From the sequence record OK040170.1: a stretch of 64,000 bases of DNA, one strand, 5' to 3'. Each line of letters begins with the position of its first letter. Position 1 is the stretch's first letter. The notes under the pieces were generated by a model. The model saw only the letters and a list, made by a program, of their open reading frames with translations, was not told the DNA's origin and made no database searches. The position numbers were made by a program, and so were the translations under genes. Of the stretch, positions 57,389 to 64,000 are shown piece after piece.

Positions 57389-59956
57389 GTGCGCGACATG
57401 AATAGTCTTACAGCTAGTTATTTACTCGATCATGCGCGCACTAACCTTTGGTGCGCACCATTCCAAGACCGACAGGTCATCTTAGACCTGACCCGTATCA
57501 GCCGAGATGGCGGTGCTTTGCAATCTATCCTTGTTCAATGGACAGATATTCCACTGCCTACTAAGGATGAGTTCTACCACGTTTACCAGATCGGTAACAA
57601 CAGTAGCTGGCGTACTAACTTGCCTGACCAACGAAATATTTGGTTCCAGATGAGTGCATGGTCTGCTACGGGTAATCTCATTACTGATCTCTATCTGAAC
57701 AACGGGGAAAGAATCCCTACCTTCAGCAGTTACGTCCTTCGTACCAAGAACGACAACTTGATTGTCGCAGTGAAGCTCTATAAGTCTCGCTGGAATCTGG
57801 ACGAAGACAATCTCTACCTCCGCATTTACAACAACGCCTTCTTCTCCTCTAAACGCTCAGCAACGATCGAAACGAAAGTTGCCTACGGCGGTGGTGAATA
57901 CAAAAACCCTAATGATGGGAAAACGTGGCGTGACGAAATTCGTGCATGGCGTAAGAAACGCGGTATCGTAAACGTATTCGTCAATGGGGTATGGGTAGAC
58001 GATTTAAATCTCTCTGCGATGGTTACAGGCGATTTGGTCGAATGGGTTTATGACAGTGCTGTCTCCCGTATCGTTGACTTTAAGTTGACGTCGTTACCGG
58101 ACTTCACTTCTACCTTAGATAAAACGAAAAAGTATTTGCTTCACCCCAGTAAGAACTCTCATGAGGAAATGATCTACTATCGCGACGATGTGGACGTTTA
58201 CCTTTATGCCAAGAGCGGGGATGGCAACGACAAGCTGATTGGTCGTTATTACCAGCGTAACCGAGAAGACTCGATGCGCATGGTCACTCACGCTGATTAC
58301 TCGATCCCAACTGGTTACATCTACAACTACGTCGTTGATGGATGGACTAACCGCGACAACTTCTACATCCGCTTACATCTGCGTGACAGTGGATTTAAGC
58401 GTCCTCTCATTAATGAGGTCAACCGTATCCAAACTTTGTATCGTTTAGACGATATGGATATTCTTCGCGCTATGCTGGGCATTGATGCGACGATCAAGGA
58501 ATGGAAGGTTGAGAATCTAGAAGAGTCCATGTACACCGCTATCATGCGTGACCAGTATGCAACCTTCACTGCAGAAGATGTAGTGAACGCTTACGGGTAT
58601 AACGCATTGGCTAAGCTGTTTGCTGACACTCCAGTAGACAGTAACCCGGATAGTAATGGTGACTGGGCGCAAGTGCCATTCGGGATTCAACAAGGCGGGA
58701 CATTCTTCGAGTACACCAAAGATGGTAAACTCTTAGGATGGAGTTTTGACGGGTTCAGTGATCGCTTCTTTACCAAGTTCGAAGGGACTGGAATGGTAGA
58801 GATGCTCATGGGTCACGGTAGAAAGGATATCAACTGGAATCCTTCTAACGACGATTTCCAGATGGGCGACAAGTACCAGTATTACTTCTTCGTAAGTCCA
58901 GTCAAGAACGGAGTTATTACCGGAGCATGGCGGCCTGCAGAGGAAGGTAAGGACTACATGGTTAGTCCTAATGGACTGGTTACCTGGATCCACGTAAAAG
59001 CGCGTAACATGGGTTTGGTGCTCTCTAACGAGTACTTCCTCTGTTACACCCAGGATGTTAATCCGTCCGATGGCATCATGCGGTTCTCCATCACCCACTC
59101 TAATCAGCTAGGTACCGTACTTCCTATCCAACCTGAAGTTCTCGATATCTTCCAAGGGAGTTATTCGCTTATTGAAGGTTTGGACTATATCGTAGAGTGG
59201 CCGGTAGTTACGGTCATCACTCCGCGTTACAACGTGCCGGGTGATGTGCAGCGGTTTACCATTCGCGGTATGGGCTGGGAGACTCCGACTGTTAAACGTC
59301 GCAAGCCAGATGATGCAGGGTTCGCTTACCAAGGAATCTTGAGCCTCAACGGTCGCTTCGATGTACGTGACGATAAAGTCATGCGTTGTGTTGTTGACGG
59401 TAAGCTCGGGATCGCAAGTGAATTGCCATTTGCTGAGAACTACGGTAAGCCGGGAATTATTACTGTCCCTAATGGTACGGCGTATTCAGAAATGACCATG
59501 TACGTTCCGCTGTTCGGTTTGTCCACTAAACAGAATGAGATCCTCATGCTGCGTGGTGAAGAAAGCGATAAGCGTTTGAGCGATTACATGACGCTGAAGT
59601 ACCCGGAAGTAGTGGTAGAAGGCCCGAACCCGATTGAGGAACATTATCGTCTCTTCAGTCCGTTGATCACCCGCCTCTACTATGAAATCAACTTGGGAAC
59701 ATTGACTCCTCCGTCCAATCCGAAAGATCGTGTAACGCTCTCTAACGTGATCAATGATTATCTCGATTACTTGAACATCGACCCTTGTCGTTTCGATTTG
59801 AACGAGAACTATCTACGGATTGATTGTCACCCGTTTGACGATATGCTTCCTATCGATAAAGCAACTTGGCTGTTCTTCGAGCAGGTTAACCGAGTGTACC
59901 TTCGTGGGAAACTCAAGTTAAATAGCTTCTTCATCATCAAGGACAAAACTGTATGA
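57389..59956 (+). CDS. virion structural/baseplate-region protein (phiKZ gp27 position)
   Basis: 855 aa; NLWCAPFQDRQ start; synteny. Confidence 0.75.
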   Translation: MRDMNSLTASYLLDHARTNLWCAPFQDRQVILDLTRISRDGGALQSILVQWTDIPLPTKDEFYHVYQIGNNSSWRTNLPDQRNIWFQMSAWSATGNLITDLYLNNGERIPTFSSYVLRTKNDNLIVAVKLYKSRWNLDEDNLYLRIYNNAFFSSKRSATIETKVAYGGGEYKNPNDGKTWRDEIRAWRKKRGIVNVFVNGVWVDDLNLSAMVTGDLVEWVYDSAVSRIVDFKLTSLPDFTSTLDKTKKYLLHPSKNSHEEMIYYRDDVDVYLYAKSGDGNDKLIGRYYQRNREDSMRMVTHADYSIPTGYIYNYVVDGWTNRDNFYIRLHLRDSGFKRPLINEVNRIQTLYRLDDMDILRAMLGIDATIKEWKVENLEESMYTAIMRDQYATFTAEDVVNAYGYNALAKLFADTPVDSNPDSNGDWAQVPFGIQQGGTFFEYTKDGKLLGWSFDGFSDRFFTKFEGTGMVEMLMGHGRKDINWNPSNDDFQMGDKYQYYFFVSPVKNGVITGAWRPAEEGKDYMVSPNGLVTWIHVKARNMGLVLSNEYFLCYTQDVNPSDGIMRFSITHSNQLGTVLPIQPEVLDIFQGSYSLIEGLDYIVEWPVVTVITPRYNVPGDVQRFTIRGMGWETPTVKRRKPDDAGFAYQGILSLNGRFDVRDDKVMRCVVDGKLGIASELPFAENYGKPGIITVPNGTAYSEMTMYVPLFGLSTKQNEILMLRGEESDKRLSDYMTLKYPEVVVEGPNPIEEHYRLFSPLITRLYYEINLGTLTPPSNPKDRVTLSNVINDYLDYLNIDPCRFDLNENYLRIDCHPFDDMLPIDKATWLFFEQVNRVYLRGKLKLNSFFIIKDKTV

Positions 59957-61674
59957 CTGTCTTGAAAACGACTGGCGGTTTGCCTTACGTTACAGGACTT
60001 ACGGATACCACACCGGGCGATGTCCCGGTTTGGAACCCCAAGGCCCTGTGGCAGTATCGGCACATCAGTGAAATTTATAGGGGTCGTGAAAATATTGGCC
60101 AAGGTAATATCGGTCGTTATGTCCCTAATAAAGGCGATAAAGTATTTGACCCAGAAACGGGCGATTACCTGGTATCCGAAGTTGATCAATCAACTCTGCT
60201 CTCTACGTTGATCTCTTATACGCCGCCGACCACCGAAGGTTCCAATCTTCCTGATAAACTCCTCGGTGTTGGCCCGCGTTATCCGCAGGCTGGTTACTTT
60301 GTCTACGTTGACAGTACCGTTAACCCGCCACGGATGAGTTTCGACTCCATGCTTCACTACTACTCTAAGAGTGCGATTAAAGTTCGCGTCTATGCTGGGG
60401 AAGATATTACTTCTAACCCAGAGGTATTGTCTGCATGGTACGATCAGTCCGGTGTTTATCGTGGTGACACGATTGACCTGGTTAAGGTAAACGATATTGC
60501 CGGTAATGCCGACTACAAGGTTCCTCTGGAAGCCTGGTCTAAACGACCAATCAAACAGGGTGAATCTGTCATGGTTGTCTGCTACAGTGCGGAAGGTATC
60601 CCTACTTCTAAAGTAGTGATGCGCGCCATCGACTCCGGTATCATCCGTCAGAACAACACTGCACAGCGCGAGATCCACTCTATTGAGTTGGTATCGAGTT
60701 ACCTGTCACCTACCGATAAGACTCGTCTCCTGATTCCTTCTCAGGCTCTGATGGATTCTATCGATCTGGGTTGCCGGGTTACTTACAGCGACGGTACTGT
60801 GTCTCCACTGAAACCGATTGATGACTCTAAGATTCGTCTGTCTGGTTTCCGTGAGTACGTGTCTACTGAAGTTGGTCGTGAGAACCCACTGACGTTGTTC
60901 TATCAGCTGGATAGTACCGAGAGTTATTCCGGTACCAACACTTCGGCTAACGGCGTGGTTGCTGTTCGTTACACGATCGAAACAGTTGCTGTCCGTAACG
61001 CATTTGCCGTTAAGCTGTTCATGTATCCTTACTGGGTAGATGATAACAACGGCTACCGTCTGCGCTTCTGGCTGCACTCCTTGGATCGTCTGTCGATGTA
61101 CGACGTGACTAACTTGATCGAAATCTCTCCGAGCTCAGCTACCTGGGATCCGAAAGGTTACGGGATTAAACAACACATGCAGTTCGACTTGGACTTGTCT
61201 CGTGTTGATCCTAGCTATCAAGCGTATCGTCACACTCAACGTAACGACATCTCTCTGGTTCGCGACGGTGTTACCGATGACGGTACCGCCTGGTTCGTTA
61301 ACTTCGAGAATGGTGACGAGGACTACGGCGGTGGTTTGGAATGTCGTCTGAAGTTCGTGAGTTCTCAGAACTGGAGCGTCGATATCGCTGCTCAGGCTAA
61401 AACCCTGGAAGAGTGGCTGGATCGCGTTTACTACCGTACTCACCCTCTGTACGATAGCAGCAACGAACTGGCACCTCCGGCACCGACTCACTTCGTACTG
61501 GTTGTTGACGGGATGCGTGTACGTCGTCCGATCTCTGATTGGAACCAACCATTCACTGTTCCTACCGGTGGTAAAGTTGGTGATCTGGCAGCAGTTCACT
61601 GGATCAAAGAAGTCGACGATGTCGATTTGCAGTTGGGTACTAGCGGCTTCATTATCCGCCAGAACATCCCATAA
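59953..61674 (+). CDS. virion structural protein (phiKZ gp26 position)
   Basis: 573 aa; ATGA overlap; synteny. Confidence 0.75.
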   Translation: MTVLKTTGGLPYVTGLTDTTPGDVPVWNPKALWQYRHISEIYRGRENIGQGNIGRYVPNKGDKVFDPETGDYLVSEVDQSTLLSTLISYTPPTTEGSNLPDKLLGVGPRYPQAGYFVYVDSTVNPPRMSFDSMLHYYSKSAIKVRVYAGEDITSNPEVLSAWYDQSGVYRGDTIDLVKVNDIAGNADYKVPLEAWSKRPIKQGESVMVVCYSAEGIPTSKVVMRAIDSGIIRQNNTAQREIHSIELVSSYLSPTDKTRLLIPSQALMDSIDLGCRVTYSDGTVSPLKPIDDSKIRLSGFREYVSTEVGRENPLTLFYQLDSTESYSGTNTSANGVVAVRYTIETVAVRNAFAVKLFMYPYWVDDNNGYRLRFWLHSLDRLSMYDVTNLIEISPSSATWDPKGYGIKQHMQFDLDLSRVDPSYQAYRHTQRNDISLVRDGVTDDGTAWFVNFENGDEDYGGGLECRLKFVSSQNWSVDIAAQAKTLEEWLDRVYYRTHPLYDSSNELAPPAPTHFVLVVDGMRVRRPISDWNQPFTVPTGGKVGDLAAVHWIKEVDDVDLQLGTSGFIIRQNIP

Positions 61675-61687
61675 TCGATTATAGACC

Positions 61688-61720
61688 GAGAGGGGACCTT
61701 AGGGTTCCCTCTCTCTATTT
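61688..61720 (+). terminator. intrinsic terminator
   Basis: gagaggggacc-ttag-ggttccctctc then T-rich. Confidence 0.7.
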
Positions 61721-61817
61721 TGTCTTATTGTGAGGCCCTATAGAGGCTACTAGCCTATTAACTGAGTCTTCTGGCTCGGTATTAACTATTAAAGCCAACC
61801 GTTTATGGAGCAATAAG

Positions 61818-63932
61818 ATGATACTGCACAAAAAAGATTGGGATAAGTTCCCCAGCGCAATTCCGCATATTTCGACAAAAAATAAATCGTTCAAACGATT
61901 CGTCGGTGTGCTGCAGAAAATGGGGATCGAGAACTGTTGGTGGCCTTTGGCACTGCTCAACCCGGAGTTGGCTAATGTCGACCCATTCGACCCTAACCTG
62001 ACTGACTCGCAGAAAGCAGCAGTCAAACTGGAAGCTGAATACAACATCTGGTATTACCTGAGGGAATGTGTTCTCGTACCTAACCCTGCAGGTGATGGTG
62101 GTGATATGTTCCGTGCTAACCGTGCGAACATGTCCTTGATCTGGTCTTACATGAATCACGTAGCATATCTTCTGATTCAGCCTCGTCAGACTGGTAAATC
62201 GATTTCCTCTTATGTACTGTACAGCTGGTTACTTTACATCAAGTATCGTAAGACCCGTATCTCCCTGGTAACTAAGTCGGATGAACTGCGTGCTGAAACC
62301 ACAACTAAGGTTAGACAGATTCGCGAGCTTCTTCCTCCGTACATGACCATTACGGATAAGACCGATACCATCGCAGGTGACAAGGCGACTTACAACGTTC
62401 GTCAAAACTTACTGGCTGTTGCGGTATCGCGTTCTGACCCAGCGGGTGCTAACAAAGTTGGTCGTGGTAACACCTCCCCTACCGTAGGTTGGGATGAGGC
62501 CCCCTTCATTACCCACATCAAGATTGCTTACACCGCAGCAATGCCAGGTATGAACGCCGCGATCAAAGCAGCGCGTGACCGTGGTATGCCATACGGTACC
62601 ATCATGACAACTACTGCCGGTGAGCAAACAGACCGTGACGGTGAGTTCATCCACAAAATGTGGACTGAAGCAGCTCCATGGACTGAACACTTCCTGGACG
62701 CAGGGGATCAGGATAAACTGGAAGGGATGGTTAAGTTATCCTGTAAAGGCCGTCAGGTTCTGATCAACGGTACGTGGTCACATACTCAGGTTGGTGTTAG
62801 TGACCGTGAGCACTACGATAACATGGCACGTGCGCAGGCTGATGGCCCAGAGGCAGACCGTGACTTCTTTAACATCTGGACTTCCGGTGGTGCTAATAAC
62901 CCATTGGATAAAGGTACTCTGGCTCAGATCGTTGCAAGTCAGCGTTACTCGGATTACTCTGAAGTATTCGCTGGCGGCTACGTTATCCACTGGTATTTGA
63001 GTAAAGAAGAGCTAGAGGAACGTAGACCTAACCTTCAGATGATTGTGGGCGCCGATACCTCCGAAGGCGGCGGTAACGATGCCTTGACGCTCATCTTCAC
63101 TGACCCGTATGATTTGTCGGTGCTAGGTACTTCGGTCATTAACGAGGCGCTTATTCCTAAGTACGCTGAGTTCCTCCATCAGATGTTAGTTCGTTATCCT
63201 AAGTCAGTCTTTATCCCTGAACGTAAGTCAACCGGTCAAACCTTTATCGACTACTTGTGTATCATGTTGCACAAAGACGGTATCGATCCATTCACTCGTA
63301 TTTACAACACTATCGTAAACGAGTCGGACAGTGACCGTGTTGCATTCCAGGAAATCAAAGGGTCGATGGATCATCGCGATGACTCGTTCTACATTCGTCG
63401 TAAAACGAAGTTTGGTTTCTGTACCGGTACCACAACTCGCCGTACTCTCTACAGCGAGATTCTTCAGATTGCTGGTAAGAAAGGCGCGAGTCGTGTGCAC
63501 GATAAAGTACTGATCTCCGAACTGACTGGACTGGTGTCCAAGAACGGTCGTGTCGACCACGCTTCGGGTAAACACGATGATACCGTCATCGCATGGTTAC
63601 TGAGCGTCTGGTTGCTCGTATACGGTCGTAACCTCGACTACTACGGCATTGATGCTCGTCGTGTAATGACACGTGCTCTGGAAAGCTCTGGGATGTCTAA
63701 GGAAGAAGAACAACGCCACATGGACATCGAAGCGTTGCAACGTCAGATTGAAAGTACCCTTGAGCAACTCAAGAGTGCAGATAGTCCAGCGTTGGCTATT
63801 CGCTACGAGAAACGAATCACTCACCTCAGCGAGATGTTAAGTGAGATGGGTATCGATTCTGTAAACATCTCAGGTAAGATCGAAGAGATCAATGACGAGC
63901 GGAGACGTAAGGTTTACAACAACTATTACTAA
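61818..63932 (+). CDS. terL: terminase large subunit (phiKZ gp25-like)
   Basis: QPRQTGKS Walker A, VGWDEAPF Walker B, GADTSEGGGND nuclease motif, HDDTVIA. Confidence 0.93.
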   Translation: MILHKKDWDKFPSAIPHISTKNKSFKRFVGVLQKMGIENCWWPLALLNPELANVDPFDPNLTDSQKAAVKLEAEYNIWYYLRECVLVPNPAGDGGDMFRANRANMSLIWSYMNHVAYLLIQPRQTGKSISSYVLYSWLLYIKYRKTRISLVTKSDELRAETTTKVRQIRELLPPYMTITDKTDTIAGDKATYNVRQNLLAVAVSRSDPAGANKVGRGNTSPTVGWDEAPFITHIKIAYTAAMPGMNAAIKAARDRGMPYGTIMTTTAGEQTDRDGEFIHKMWTEAAPWTEHFLDAGDQDKLEGMVKLSCKGRQVLINGTWSHTQVGVSDREHYDNMARAQADGPEADRDFFNIWTSGGANNPLDKGTLAQIVASQRYSDYSEVFAGGYVIHWYLSKEELEERRPNLQMIVGADTSEGGGNDALTLIFTDPYDLSVLGTSVINEALIPKYAEFLHQMLVRYPKSVFIPERKSTGQTFIDYLCIMLHKDGIDPFTRIYNTIVNESDSDRVAFQEIKGSMDHRDDSFYIRRKTKFGFCTGTTTRRTLYSEILQIAGKKGASRVHDKVLISELTGLVSKNGRVDHASGKHDDTVIAWLLSVWLLVYGRNLDYYGIDARRVMTRALESSGMSKEEEQRHMDIEALQRQIESTLEQLKSADSPALAIRYEKRITHLSEMLSEMGIDSVNISGKIEEINDERRRKVYNNYY

Positions 63933-63950
63933 TCCACTTGGATTGAGATC

Positions 63951-63966
63951 TATATTACTTTAATGA
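63951..63966 (+). promoter_or_regulatory. phiKZ-type early promoter TATATTAC-N5-TGA
   Basis: Consensus match; serves a gene beyond the window. Confidence 0.8.
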
Positions 63967-64000
63967 TAGCTGAGTAGTGGCTTCGGTCACTACTCCTATT

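Overview
This 64 kb window comes from a lytic jumbo phage of the phiKZ-like group (Chimalliviridae-type). The host is probably an enterobacterium, which is an inference from gene content. The right end (53.4-63.9 kb) holds the conserved phiKZ-like block: tail tube, tail sheath, three structural proteins and the terminase large subunit. A minus-strand block (29.5-36.8 kb) encodes an internal head protein and three tail fibre/tailspike proteins. The rest is a densely packed plus-strand accessory region. It contains DHFR, thymidine kinase, PhoH, NAD-dependent DNA ligase, DHH and HD phosphohydrolases, a HAD nucleotidase, a BCS1-like AAA ATPase, a modular endolysin and many small hypothetical, membrane and secreted proteins. 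Ten copies of a phiKZ-type early promoter core, TATAT(T/C/A)AC, sit in intergenic gaps. The most notable observations are: (1) a free-standing 89-aa protein ending in the redox-active C-terminal tail of class Ia ribonucleotide reductase (DDGDCEGCKI), with no nrdA in the window; (2) four dispersed, catalytically degenerate prohead-protease-fold paralogs; (3) an early ADP-ribosyltransferase-like gene; (4) an apparently active plus inactive pair of HslV/proteasome-beta-like genes; (5) a near-tandem array of secreted two-Cys paralogs; (6) an unannotated 38-aa poly-acidic peptide behind its own early promoter; (7) a repeated promoter/stem-loop cassette with a 39-bp identical core. No tRNA, rRNA, CRISPR array, integrase or transposase was recognised. 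All family assignments come from motifs read by eye, and no database search was run.
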